In this document: piece by piece, positions 11,862 through 22,633 of the stretch
Position numbering within the stretch: the first letter of the stretch is position 1
Layout: each line of letters starts with the position of its first letter
From: Planctomycetota bacterium
Lineage (GTDB): Bacteria > Planctomycetota > B15-G4
Length of the DNA: 64,000 nt
Direction of reading: 5' to 3'
Assembly (NCBI GenBank): GCA_038212275.1
Contig: JBBQUR010000005.1
Location: 204,659 to 268,658, forward strand
Notes under the pieces: generated by a model
What the model saw: only the letters and a program-made list of their open reading frames with translations
Told to the model about the DNA's origin: nothing
Databases searched by the model: none
Made by a program: the position numbers and the translations under genes

Positions 11862-13235
11862 ATGGAGACGGGGACGGTCGTCGTGCTGGTCGTGCTTGCC
11901 GCCGCCGTGGGCGCGCTGGCCTGCCTGGTCTGGGCGCGGCAGCGGGCCGCCGCGCAGCGCGAGCAGGATCGCGCGGAGCATGCCGCGGAGTTGCAGCGCG
12001 TTCAGGCCGGACACGCGATGGCGCTGGCCGAGGCGAACGCCGCGCGTGAGCGGGTGCGCGACGAGCTGACGGGCACGGCGGCCCTGCTCACCGAGGCGCG
12101 CGTCAAGCTGGAGACGTGGCAGGCGGCGCAGGCCACCGAGGCGGAGCTGCGCAAGAACGTCGAGAACCAGTTCGAGGCGCTCGCGGCCAAGGTCGTCGCC
12201 GCGCAGAGCGAGGAATTCCTGAAGAGCGCCGGCGCGACACTGGAGCAGCGCAGTGCGGCCATCGCCGCCTCGCTCGCGCCGTTCAAGGAGCAGCTCGACA
12301 AGCTGGCGGCTGGCACGCAGGCGCTGGAGACCAAGCGCGAGGGCGCCTACGGCGAGATCCGGCAGCACCTGACGAACCTCGCGCAGACCACGCAGTCGCT
12401 GCAGGCGAGCAGCACGACGCTGCTGACGGCCCTGCGCACGGGCAGCAGCGCGCGCGGCCGCTGGGGCGAGATGCAGCTTCAGAACATCGCCGAGCTGGCC
12501 GGCATGACGAAGCACTGCGACTTCGAGACGCAGGTGGTGCTCAAGGACGGCAGCCGCCCCGACATGATCGTCAAGCTGCCCGGCGCGGAGGGGCAGATCC
12601 CGGTAGATGCCAAGGTGCCGATGGACGCCTACCTGCGCGCGCTGGAGGCCGCCGACCCCGCGGTGCGGGCGGCCGAGCTGCTCGCGCACGCTGCCGCGCT
12701 GCGCAAACACGTGCTCGACCTCGGCCGACGCGACTACGCCGCGGCGCTCGGCGCACGCGTGGACTACACCGTGCTCTTCGTCCCGGGCGAGCCGATCCTG
12801 GCCGCGGCCTTCGAGGCGGCGCCCGAATTGCAGGCCGAGGCGATGGAGCGGCGCGTGCTCATCGCGACGCCCGTCACGCTGGTCGCGCTGCTGCGCACGG
12901 TGGCGCTCTACTGGCGCCAGCAGAACCTCGCGGAGAACGCCCACGTGCTGTGGGACGAGGCGCGCGAGTTCCACAAGCGCGTCACGGTCTTCTTCGGGCA
13001 CATCGACGGACTCGGGCGCGCGCTCGACTCGGCCATCGACAAGTACAACAAGGCCGTGGGCAGCTACGAGAAGAAGGTGCTGCCGCAGGGCCGCCGGCTC
13101 GAGGAACTCGCGCCTCCGGCCAGCGACGACGGCCGCCTGCCGGAGCTCGAGCCGCTCGAGGAGCAGGTGCGCACGCTCGCGCCGGCCCGCCGCGATGCCG
13201 GCAGCGCCGACGACGTCAGCCTGGAGGCTCGCTGA
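11862..13235 (+). CDS. rmuC: DNA recombination protein RmuC
   Basis: N-terminal TM plus coiled coil; RGRWGEMQL, RPDMIVKLP, VDAKVP, FVPGE, ATPVTL. Confidence 0.93.
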   Translation: METGTVVVLVVLAAAVGALACLVWARQRAAAQREQDRAEHAAELQRVQAGHAMALAEANAARERVRDELTGTAALLTEARVKLETWQAAQATEAELRKNVENQFEALAAKVVAAQSEEFLKSAGATLEQRSAAIAASLAPFKEQLDKLAAGTQALETKREGAYGEIRQHLTNLAQTTQSLQASSTTLLTALRTGSSARGRWGEMQLQNIAELAGMTKHCDFETQVVLKDGSRPDMIVKLPGAEGQIPVDAKVPMDAYLRALEAADPAVRAAELLAHAAALRKHVLDLGRRDYAAALGARVDYTVLFVPGEPILAAAFEAAPELQAEAMERRVLIATPVTLVALLRTVALYWRQQNLAENAHVLWDEAREFHKRVTVFFGHIDGLGRALDSAIDKYNKAVGSYEKKVLPQGRRLEELAPPASDDGRLPELEPLEEQVRTLAPARRDAGSADDVSLEAR

Positions 13236-13237
13236 GC

Positions 13238-13774
13238 ATGCTGCGACGGCTGGTGCTGATCGTCGTGTTGCTGGGTGCGCTCGTGGGGTTGGCCGCGGTG
13301 TGGGGCGGCACGCTGCCGGTGGGCCACCGCGCCGCCGTGTCCGCGCACATCTCCCGCACGCCGGATGTGGTGTTCGACGCGCTCGCGGATTTCCAGGGCT
13401 CGCTTGCCTGGCGCAGCGACATCACGGGCATCGAGCGCGTTGCCGACCGCGACGGCAAGCCCGTGTGGATCGAGCAGGGCTCGCACGGTCCGCTGCCGCT
13501 GGAGGTCACCGCCAGCGAGCCGCCGCACCGGCTCCTGCTCACGATCCTTCCCGGCGCGGATCTGCCCTTCGAGGGCGCGTGGACGTTCCTGCTGGCGCCG
13601 GAGGCCGAAGGCACGCGGCTCACGGTGGTGGAGGAAGGCCGTGTCCCCAGCCCGCTGTTCCGTGCGCTGGGCAAGCTCTTCTTCGACGAGCACGCAACGA
13701 TGCGCACGTACGTGCAGGAACTCGGCCGTCATTTCGGCGAAGTGACCGTGGTGGCCGAGGTGCCCGCACCCTGA
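13238..13774 (+). CDS. SRPBCC/START-like (polyketide cyclase-like) protein with N-terminal anchor
   Basis: TPDVVFDALADF..AWRSDI, FEGAWTFLL, GTRLTVVEEG; begins 2 nt after the rmuC stop. Confidence 0.8.
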   Translation: MLRRLVLIVVLLGALVGLAAVWGGTLPVGHRAAVSAHISRTPDVVFDALADFQGSLAWRSDITGIERVADRDGKPVWIEQGSHGPLPLEVTASEPPHRLLLTILPGADLPFEGAWTFLLAPEAEGTRLTVVEEGRVPSPLFRALGKLFFDEHATMRTYVQELGRHFGEVTVVAEVPAP

Positions 13775-13777
13775 CGC

Positions 13778-16700
13778 TCAGGGCAGCGTGAGCGTCGCGG
13801 CGTTCTTCGCGTTGGCCGACTGGTTGTAGAAGAAGTCCGGCGTGTCGCCGCCGAAGCCGATGAAGAAGGCGTCGGCCGTGGCGGTGCTGCCGATGTAGGC
13901 CGGGCTGAGCGTGAGCATTGTCGGCGCGGCGGGGGTGTAGGGCCCCAGCGTGAACGTCGCCACGCCGGCGGCATTCGTGCGCTGCGTGGGGAAGAAGTCG
14001 GCGCCGCCGAGGTCGCCGGCCCAGAGCGCGCGCACCGGCGCATCGTTCACCGGGAGGCCGGCGTGATCCACGACGGTGATCGTGCCCGTCACGGTGAAGG
14101 GCCCGCTGCCCGAGGTCTGCAGCGTGATGTCGGCGACGTGATAGAGCGGCGGCTCCGTCGTGAAGCTGCCTTCCGCGATGCCCGCGTTGCCGCTGCGATC
14201 CGTCGCCGTGACGCGCCAGAAGAGCAGCGTGCGCGCGGGCAGGTCGGTGAGGATGACGTCGTGCTCCGAGCGCAGCGCGACGTCGGCCACGGCGGGAAGC
14301 GTGTAGTTGCCGGCGGCGAGGCCCAGCTCCACGAGCAGCATCGCCGGCTCGTCGCAGGCCGCGTGCAGCGTGGCCGTGTCGGTGAAGACGTCGAGCGCCG
14401 ACGCGGTCAGGAACTGCGGCGCCGTCGTATCGCCTGGCAGCGTGGCATTGCCGACCAGCGGGTTGCCGCCCGCCAGCAGCTCGACGCTGTCGGCGAAGCC
14501 GTCGCGGTCGGTGTCTGCGCTGTCCGGGCTGGTTCCGGTGCCCCGCTCGATGCCGTCCGGGATGCCGTCCTCGTCGCGGTCGATGCCCAGGCGCACGGCC
14601 ATGCCGGGCGGCACGCAGGTGAAGGTCGCGAGCATCTTGCCCGTGGTGATCGCACCCACGATGGGGCCGCGCGGGATCCAGCGGCCGGTGTCGGTCTGGT
14701 AGCGGAACTCCTGGCTGAGCGGGTCGAAGCCGAAGCGCAGGCCCACCGGCACGCGGGCGCCGCCGGGCAGCAGCAGCTGCGTCTTGCCGATGAGCTCCAC
14801 GGCGGGCGGCGACAGCTCGGCCTGGCCTTCCGCGAGATCGAGCCAGTCGTACAGGCCCGAGTAGTCGCTCGCGTCGGCGCTGAACTGCTGGCCGACAAGC
14901 GGCGAGAGGCCCGTGTCCCAGCCGCGCACGAAGGTGGCGATGGCGTCGCGATCAGCGGCCGTCAGCAACGGGAAAGCCGGTGCGCCGTTGGGCGGCACGA
15001 AGTCCAGGAATTCGTCGAGGCCGTTCAGCGCGCCGTCGTGCAGCGTGCCGAAGCCGGTGAGCGTGGGGAACTCCTTCTCGTAGGTGCCGCGGAGCTGCGC
15101 GGTGTTGAAGAGCTGGCCCTCGCCGTCGAAGTTCACCGTCGCCTGCGAGCCCGTGAAGTCCGTGCCGTCGGTGAAGTTGCCCTTGTGGCAGTCGATGCAG
15201 GTCACGTTGCCTGGAATGGCGTTGTTGTATTCCTTGCCCGGCACGAGCGGGTTCATGCCGAAGAGGTCGCGGCCCGTCGCGGCGATGCCGGTGTAGACGC
15301 GGTCCTTCGGTTCGTGCGGGTTGGGCGGCCAGGTCAGCGAGCGCACGAAGCTGGAGAACTCCTGCATGTCGCCGGCGCTGATGCCGCTGCCGCCGAGCAG
15401 GCCCTCGAAGGCGCCGCGGAACAACTGCAGGAATCGGCGATCGCCGCGCCAGTGCAGCGGCACCGCGCCGCCGCTGTCCAGACCGCGCAGCGACTGCGTG
15501 GTCATCGGGCCCTTGAGCGGGTGCGTCATGATCGAGGTCTTCAGCGCGAGCTTCGCGCTGTCGAAGCCGAGCGTGCCGGTCATCGCGTCGTCGTAGAAGT
15601 AGCCGAGCGCGCCCTGTGGATTGCCGAGGTCCCACGCGAGCTGATCCATGTGCCCGAAGACGTGGCACGACGCGCAGCTGAAGTTGCCCGTGCCGGCGCC
15701 GGTGACGGCGCTCGCGTCGTAGAGGTGACGCCGGCCGACGGCCACGCCCTGCGGCTCGGGGTCCACGGCCAGTGCGCGCGGCCGGCCGACCGGTGTCAGC
15801 GTGGCGCCGAGGTCGAACGCGACCAGCCGCTTGTCGCCGCGCGTGAAAACGTAGAGCAGCGCGTGCTCGTCGTCCACGGCGAGCCCGGTCGGCAGCGAGC
15901 CGACGGAGACTTCCTGCAGCAGCTGGCCGGTGGCGGCGTCGAGCACGAGCAGCGTGTCGTCGCCGAGGCAGGCGACGAAGGCGCGCGCTCCGGACGCGCC
16001 GGTGCTGAAGGCGATGGCGACGGGCTGGGCGTGCTGAGCGGTCGTCGTCGGCGGCGCGAGCACGATGCGCTGCAGCAGTGCACCGCCCGGCGCCATGATG
16101 GAGATTGCATTGTCGAAGGCCGCGCCCGAGAGCACCGGCTCGAAGCGCGTGCGGTTGTGCGCGAGCTGAGCGGCGACCCACAGCGCGCCGGTCACCGGGT
16201 TGCGCTCCAGCGCCAGCAGCGTGCTGCCCGCGTCGGTGGAGAGCGCCGGCAGCAGCGCGCCGGTGGCCGGGTCGATGCCGATCACGTCGCGGTCGGCCAG
16301 CTGCGGCACGAAGCCGGGATACTCGCTGTCGAAGACGATGCGCGAGGTCTGCGGGATGGCCCAGCCGAACACGCCGAAGTTCTGGTTGAGCCACGCGAGC
16401 GTGGAGAGCTGCGGCAGCGTCAGCACGGCATTCGTCGCGAAGGGCAGGTCAAAGGCATCCAGCGTCAGCTGGCTCAGCCCGAGCGTGGCGGTCTGCGACA
16501 CGTCCAGCACGGTGGTGTGGTTGCCGGAGTTCTGCGGGATGACCCACACGGCGCCGTCGGCCTCGGCCAGGGCGCGCGGCTTGTGGCCCGGCACCGCCAC
16601 GCGCTGCAGCACCGCGTACGGCGGCGAGGCGGAGGCGATGACCACGGCGTTCTCGACGAAGCTGCCCGGCTCGGTGAACGAGTCGGCCTGCGCGGAGCGG

Positions 16701-17182
16701 GCCGTGGCGACGAAGAGCCTGTCGCCGATGACCAGCACGTCCTGCGGTTCATCGCCGATCGCGATCGTGTGCGTGACGACGTGGTTGAGCGTGTCCACGA
16801 CGGAGATGCTGTCGGAGAGCAGGTTGGCGACGAAGAGCGTGTGCGGCCGGCCGGGGTGCAGCGTCATCGACACCGGCTCGAGGCCGGTGAACACGGCGCC
16901 GGTGTTGCGCAACTGCGGCACGCCGTCGCGGCCGATGTTCGTGTCCCAGATTTCCACGCGGTGGTCGGGCGTGTTCAGCACGAAGAGCTGGCTGCCGTCG
17001 GGCGAGAGCCGCAGCGCGTGCACCGCGCCCGACTCGAAGTTGGGGAAGGGCGCAGTGGCCATCGACTCCACGGCGCCGTCCTGCGCGGTGGCCGCCGGGA
17101 GCAGGCTGAGCGTGGCGGCGAGGGCAAGCGCCAGGGAGGTCAACGGGAGCCGCAGCGACGGGCCGGCGGGGCGATGGATCAT
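13778..17182 (-). CDS. Secreted YncE/YVTN beta-propeller fused to a di-heme cytochrome c (bCcP/MauG-like) domain, Asp-rich repeats and Fn3/Ig-like tail
   Basis: Signal peptide; propeller repeats ([27 protein letters not shown]); CASCH and [31 protein letters not shown] and DTDRDGFAD. Confidence 0.85.
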   Translation of the reverse strand: MIHRPAGPSLRLPLTSLALALAATLSLLPAATAQDGAVESMATAPFPNFESGAVHALRLSPDGSQLFVLNTPDHRVEIWDTNIGRDGVPQLRNTGAVFTGLEPVSMTLHPGRPHTLFVANLLSDSISVVDTLNHVVTHTIAIGDEPQDVLVIGDRLFVATARSAQADSFTEPGSFVENAVVIASASPPYAVLQRVAVPGHKPRALAEADGAVWVIPQNSGNHTTVLDVSQTATLGLSQLTLDAFDLPFATNAVLTLPQLSTLAWLNQNFGVFGWAIPQTSRIVFDSEYPGFVPQLADRDVIGIDPATGALLPALSTDAGSTLLALERNPVTGALWVAAQLAHNRTRFEPVLSGAAFDNAISIMAPGGALLQRIVLAPPTTTAQHAQPVAIAFSTGASGARAFVACLGDDTLLVLDAATGQLLQEVSVGSLPTGLAVDDEHALLYVFTRGDKRLVAFDLGATLTPVGRPRALAVDPEPQGVAVGRRHLYDASAVTGAGTGNFSCASCHVFGHMDQLAWDLGNPQGALGYFYDDAMTGTLGFDSAKLALKTSIMTHPLKGPMTTQSLRGLDSGGAVPLHWRGDRRFLQLFRGAFEGLLGGSGISAGDMQEFSSFVRSLTWPPNPHEPKDRVYTGIAATGRDLFGMNPLVPGKEYNNAIPGNVTCIDCHKGNFTDGTDFTGSQATVNFDGEGQLFNTAQLRGTYEKEFPTLTGFGTLHDGALNGLDEFLDFVPPNGAPAFPLLTAADRDAIATFVRGWDTGLSPLVGQQFSADASDYSGLYDWLDLAEGQAELSPPAVELIGKTQLLLPGGARVPVGLRFGFDPLSQEFRYQTDTGRWIPRGPIVGAITTGKMLATFTCVPPGMAVRLGIDRDEDGIPDGIERGTGTSPDSADTDRDGFADSVELLAGGNPLVGNATLPGDTTAPQFLTASALDVFTDTATLHAACDEPAMLLVELGLAAGNYTLPAVADVALRSEHDVILTDLPARTLLFWRVTATDRSGNAGIAEGSFTTEPPLYHVADITLQTSGSGPFTVTGTITVVDHAGLPVNDAPVRALWAGDLGGADFFPTQRTNAAGVATFTLGPYTPAAPTMLTLSPAYIGSTATADAFFIGFGGDTPDFFYNQSANAKNAATLTLP

Positions 17183-17242
17183 GGCGGCACTCCAGTGGCT
17201 TGGCTGCGTCACGCGCAGGCAGCGTGGGCGGGGTCGCGGGCG

Positions 17243-17323
17243 CGTGTGGCCCGTGTGGTGCGTGTGGTGCGTGTGGCCCGTGTGGCCCGTGTGGCTCGTG
17301 TGGCTCGTGTGGCTCGTGTGGCG
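17243..17323. repeat. 9-bp tandem repeat CGTGTGGNN x9
   Basis: Read directly; lies upstream of the di-heme gene start. Confidence 0.9.
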
Positions 17324-17368
17324 GGGCATTCTAACGCCCGCGGGTCGATGGGTCGTCAGGGCGCGGAC

Positions 17369-19686
17369 TCAGCTTGCTGCGGGCAGGATCCATTCCGCAC
17401 AGAGGACGACCGTGTTGTACAGGGCGTGCGCCAGCATCGGCGCGAGCAGCATGCCCGTGGCGTCGTAGGCCAGCGCGGCGGCGATGCCGAGGCCGAGCAC
17501 CGGCAGGAAGGAGACCGGCCCGTGGCACATGGCGAACAGCCCCGCGCTGCCGAGCACGGCCGGCCAGCGCCCGAGGGTTCGCCGCAGGCCGCCGAAGATG
17601 AGCCCGCGGAAAATGAACTCCTCGAACACGGGCGCAGCCAGGATGGCCAGCGGCGTGATCCACCCGGCCATGTCGACGAAGGCGACGGCATGCTGCTGCA
17701 GCAGCTCCTGCAGCGCGGGAATGCGCTGCGCGACGGCGAGGTAGCCGACGCCGCACACCGCGGCACCCGCGCCGGCCAGCAGCCCGATGCCGGCCGCGCG
17801 CGCCTTGCGCGGCCCGAAGTACGCCGGCACGCCGAGCGACTTCAGCTTCGCGAAGGCGATGATCATCGCGAAGTACGTGACCGCGCCGGAGACGGCGAAG
17901 GCGATGAAGATGGCCGGGCCGATCGCGACGCGGTCGGTGCTCATGACGGCCAGCATCACGACGCCCTGCAGCACGAAGAAGAGCAGCGCCGCCACCAGGC
18001 CGTCGGCCAGCGACACGTGCGCGGGCGGCTTCGCGGTGGGGTCGAGCAGGTAGGGGAGTCGGTCGCGGACCTTCTGCCAGAGCGCGAAGGCCAGCGACGC
18101 GCAGAGCAGCATGAGCGTGAGCCGCTGCCAGAGCGAGGCCGAGTAGATCGCGTACGTGTACAGCGACGCCAGCAGCATGAAGAGGTATGCCGAGCTGCCG
18201 CGCACGCGTCGCTGCACCTCCTGCGAGAGCGGGTCGCTGCCGAGGACGCCGATGCACACCGCCAGCGTGGCGTAGACCGGCACGCCAAGCAGCACGACCG
18301 CCAGCAGCGACGCCGTCTCGCCGGTGAGCCCGCCGCGCAGGAAGAAGGCGAACATCGCCAGCGGGTAGATGAGCGTGATGAGGCCCCACAGGCGCGCCTT
18401 CTGGCGCAGCAGCACGTCGAGCGGGACGGGGACGGTGTACAGGATCCAGAGCGCGTGGCCCTCGGAGTTGAGCGTCTGGAAGGCCGAGAACATGAGCACG
18501 TAGGCCGCGAGTCCGAAGGCCATGGCGGCGAGGTGCGCCGGCTCCTCGCCGAGCGTGTCGAGCAACCGCGCATTGAAGAAGAACTGCGCGCCGATGATCA
18601 CGACGGGCAGCACGAGCGTCTGCACGAGGAAGTTGCGATCGCGCAGCAGCAGCTTGATCTCGCGAGCCTGAATGGCCGTGAGCCAGCGGCGTGCGCCGGT
18701 CCGAGCGACGGGCCTCGGGGCGCTGCGCGCCGACTCGCGGCCGCCGTGGGCGACGATGCCCCGCGAGAGCAGGTGCTCGACGCCGAGCATGATGAGGGTC
18801 ACGACGACGCCGACCTGCGCGAGCAGCAGTCCGCCGGGCAGCAGCGCGGCGCGTGCGTCGCGCGCGGCGAGCACGTCGATGATCAGGCCCGTGGGCAACC
18901 AGTGGACGGCGGCGGGAAGCGAACGCGCCCAGCGAAGCACGAAGGAGTCGGGCGAGATGCTCGCCGACAGCGCCAGGTAGAACATGGCCAGTCCGACGAT
19001 GGCGAGCACCGCCTGCAGGTTGCGCAGGCCTCCGGGCTGCAGCCGCACGCGGACGCCGGTGTCCACCGCGAGTCGCAGGGCGCCGAGCAGCAGCAGCAGC
19101 GGCAGCGCGAGCGCCAGCCCGATGAGCGGCGCCACCCAGCCGGCACCGCGCTGCCAGGCGAGTACGGCGAGAAACGGCACCATGAAAAGCACGGCCGACG
19201 GATTGATGAAGGTGCGCTCGAGCAGCCGCACGCCGAGCAGCGTGCGCCGCGGAATCGGCAGCGTGACCAGCCACTCCATGTCCCACTCGGCCGCGGCCAG
19301 CTCCTTGGCGCCGAGGCTCATGGCCAGCGACGCCACCGCGATGAGCGACAGCACCAGGATGAAGCCGTCGGTCACGCCCGGCGAGAAGATGTCGAGGCCC
19401 GGCGGCGCGTCCAGTGCGCGGAAGCTGCGCTCCCAGCGCAGCTCGCCCGCGTCCTCGGGCACGGCGAGCTGCAGGCGCACGTTGTGCACCGCGCTCCATG
19501 CCACGAAGGTGGCGTAGCCGACCATCACCAGGCTGAGGATCGTCGCCAGCGTGGCGCCGCCCTGCTTGGGCGCCGTGGCGCCGCGCGGTCCGCCCGCGCT
19601 GCTCTTCCTGCGCATGAAGCGCGAGCCGAGCATGTTGAGCAGCCGCCGCAGCCGCAGCCGCAGGAGCAGCGACGCGGCGCGCAGCA

Positions 19687-19690
<4 letters not shown>
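17369..19690 (-). CDS. ABC exporter permease fused to a CPBP (Abi/CAAX) intramembrane protease
   Basis: Many TM helices; C-terminal APVFEEFIFRG, LFAMCH, AHALYN; start overlaps the ATPase stop (ATGA). Confidence 0.85.
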
Positions 19691-20436
<746 letters not shown>

Positions 20437-20676
20437 CGCGCGCGTCTCTCCCTTGCGGCTCGCCACGAGCTTCGTGGCGCCCGACGAGCCGGCAGGGCGC
20501 ACACGCTAACACGAAGCGGGGGAGTCCGGACCGGTCCGGCGGCCCGGCGCGCGGCGCGGCGCGTGGTGCGCGGCGCGCACGCGATGCACGGAATGGATGC
20601 ACGGAATGGATGCACGAAAGGCGCGAAATGCACGGGGCGCTTCAAGCGGCGGGTGCGGGCTTGGTACCGTGGCCCG

Positions 20677-22386
20677 ATGCACCTCGCCCGACACTCCGGA
20701 TCGCTGAAGCACGCCTTCGGACTTGCCTGCGCGCTGCTCGTCGCCCTGTGCGCCTTCGCGACGGCGGCCGCAGCGCAGCACGCTCCCTCCGCGGCACAGG
20801 CACCGGCACCGGCACCGGCACCGGGGACCGCGGCATCAGGGACCGCGATGCCGTCCGAAGCGCCACCGACCTCCGATGGCACGCAGGCCGCGCTCAAGGA
20901 AGCTGCGCTCGACTCTCCGCGCGCCGTCCTCGTGCAGTACCTCGAACTGGCGCGTGCGGGCCGTTACGAGGAGGCAGGCCGCTACCTCGAGCTGCCGCCG
21001 GAGCAGGCGGCGACGCCCGGAGAGGCCGCCCGCGTCGCGCGCCGGCTGAAGGCCGTGCTCGACCGGCACGTGTGGTTCGACCTCGAGCAGGTTTCGCCCG
21101 AGGCGGAGGGCGATCTGGCCGACGACCTCGCGCCGAACTCCGAGGAGCTCGGGCGCGTGCCGGGCCTGGGCGGCGTGCCCGAGCCCGTGCGCCTCACGCG
21201 GCAGGACGACGGCGCGCAACCGGCGTGGCGCTTCTCGCTGGCCACCGTCGGGCAGGTGGACTCGTGGTTCGCGCGGTTGCCGGATCGCTGGGTGACCGAG
21301 CACCTCCCGGAGGTGCTGCTGTCCCCCGGCCCCGGTGACCTGCTCTGGTGGCAGTGGCTGGCCTTTCTGGTGCTCGTCATCATCGCCTTCGTCTTCGGCC
21401 GCCTCTTCGGCCGCGTGTCACGCGCCGTGCTCGGCCGGCTGGCGGCGCGCACCACGGTCACGTGGGACGACGAACTCATCGCCCGCACCCGCGGCCCGGT
21501 CGCCCTCGTGTGGGCGCTCGCGATCCTCTACGCGCTCTCGCCGTGGCTGGGGCTCTACCAGCCGGGTCGCGACCTGCTCAACCGCAGCCTGCACGTCGGC
21601 CTGTTCGTGGCCTTCTTCTGGTCGCTCGTGCGTGCCGTGGACATCGCGGGGCAGGTCACGCTGCAGAGCGCGTGGCTGACGGCGCATCCGGGCGCGCGCT
21701 CGCTCGTGCCGATCGCGCGGCGCGTCGTCAAGGTGCTCGTGTTCGGGCTTGCGGTGGTGTCGGTGCTCAGCCAGCTCGGCTTTCCGGTGGCCTCGCTCAT
21801 CGCAGGACTCGGCCTCGGCGGCCTGGCGCTCGCCCTCGCCGCGCAGAAGACCGTCGAGAACCTCTTCGGCGCATTCACGATCAGCATGGACCAGCCCTTC
21901 CGCGAGGGCGATGCCATCCGCGTGGGCGACAAGGTTGGCGTGGTCGAGGCCATCGGACTGCGCAGCACGCGCGTGCGCACGGTGGAGCGCACGTTGCTCG
22001 CGATCCCGAACTCGCACCTGGCCGAGATGCAGGTGGAGAGCCTGGCCGCGCGCGACCGCATGTGCCTGATGACGACCATCGGGCTGGTGTACGGAACGAC
22101 CGAGTCGCAGCTGCGCAGCGTGCTGGCCGGCTTCGAGGCGACGCTGCGCGACCAGCCGAAGATCTGGCCCGACGCCGTGATCGTGCGCTTCAAGGAATTC
22201 GCGGATTCCTCGCTGAATCTCGAGGTGCTCTGCTGGTTCCAGACCTGTGACTTCAACGAGTTCCGCGACATCCGGCAGGACGTCCTGCTGAAGTTCATGG
22301 CCACCGTCGAGCAGGCCGGCACCAGCTTCGCGTTCCCGACGCGCACCGTGCACGTGGTGGGCGCGCCGGCTCCGCCGGCACGCTGA
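20677..22386 (+). CDS. Mechanosensitive ion channel, MscS family, with periplasmic N-terminal domain
   Basis: AGLGLGGLALALAAQKTVENLFG, DQPFREGD, IGLRSTR, IPNS, FAFPTRT. Confidence 0.93.
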   Translation: MHLARHSGSLKHAFGLACALLVALCAFATAAAAQHAPSAAQAPAPAPAPGTAASGTAMPSEAPPTSDGTQAALKEAALDSPRAVLVQYLELARAGRYEEAGRYLELPPEQAATPGEAARVARRLKAVLDRHVWFDLEQVSPEAEGDLADDLAPNSEELGRVPGLGGVPEPVRLTRQDDGAQPAWRFSLATVGQVDSWFARLPDRWVTEHLPEVLLSPGPGDLLWWQWLAFLVLVIIAFVFGRLFGRVSRAVLGRLAARTTVTWDDELIARTRGPVALVWALAILYALSPWLGLYQPGRDLLNRSLHVGLFVAFFWSLVRAVDIAGQVTLQSAWLTAHPGARSLVPIARRVVKVLVFGLAVVSVLSQLGFPVASLIAGLGLGGLALALAAQKTVENLFGAFTISMDQPFREGDAIRVGDKVGVVEAIGLRSTRVRTVERTLLAIPNSHLAEMQVESLAARDRMCLMTTIGLVYGTTESQLRSVLAGFEATLRDQPKIWPDAVIVRFKEFADSSLNLEVLCWFQTCDFNEFRDIRQDVLLKFMATVEQAGTSFAFPTRTVHVVGAPAPPAR

Positions 22387-22490
22387 GCACCCGCGGTTCC
22401 GGCCGCCCCTGCGGCATCGTGTCGCGGCGGACGCTCTCCGCGCGGGCTGGCTCCGGGTCAGGGAACTCGCCGCGCGCTGCTTCGCCCGGT

Positions 22491-22525
22491 GTGTGATGTT
22501 GAGGCACTGCCTCTAAAGAACACAC
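22491..22525. repeat. Degenerate copy of a 33-bp palindrome
   Basis: GTGTGATGTTGAGGCACTGCCTC is identical to 45720-45742; right arm diverged (TAAAGAACACAC). Confidence 0.85.
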
Positions 22526-22534
22526 CCGCGCGGA

Positions 22535-22602
22535 GCGACCCGCGCTGGGCGACCCGCGCTGGGCGACCCGCGCTGGGCGAACGCGCCGGGCGAACGCGCC
22601 GA
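22535..22602. repeat. 14/13-bp tandem repeats GCGACCCGCGCTGG x3 plus GCGAACGCGCCG x2
   Basis: Read directly, between convergent genes. Confidence 0.85.
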
Positions 22603-22633
22603 GGCAGCGCGATCGGGAGCAGTCTTGTGCTGC

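Noticed and set aside
17183..17329. His-rich N-terminal extension (HTS/HTG/HTH repeats) on the di-heme protein as a metal-binding leader
   Set aside because: The ATG at 17329 overlaps a TAGAAT -10-like box (17328-17333), so it is probably not transcribed. A normal signal peptide follows the ATG at 17182, so the repeat is more likely 5' UTR.
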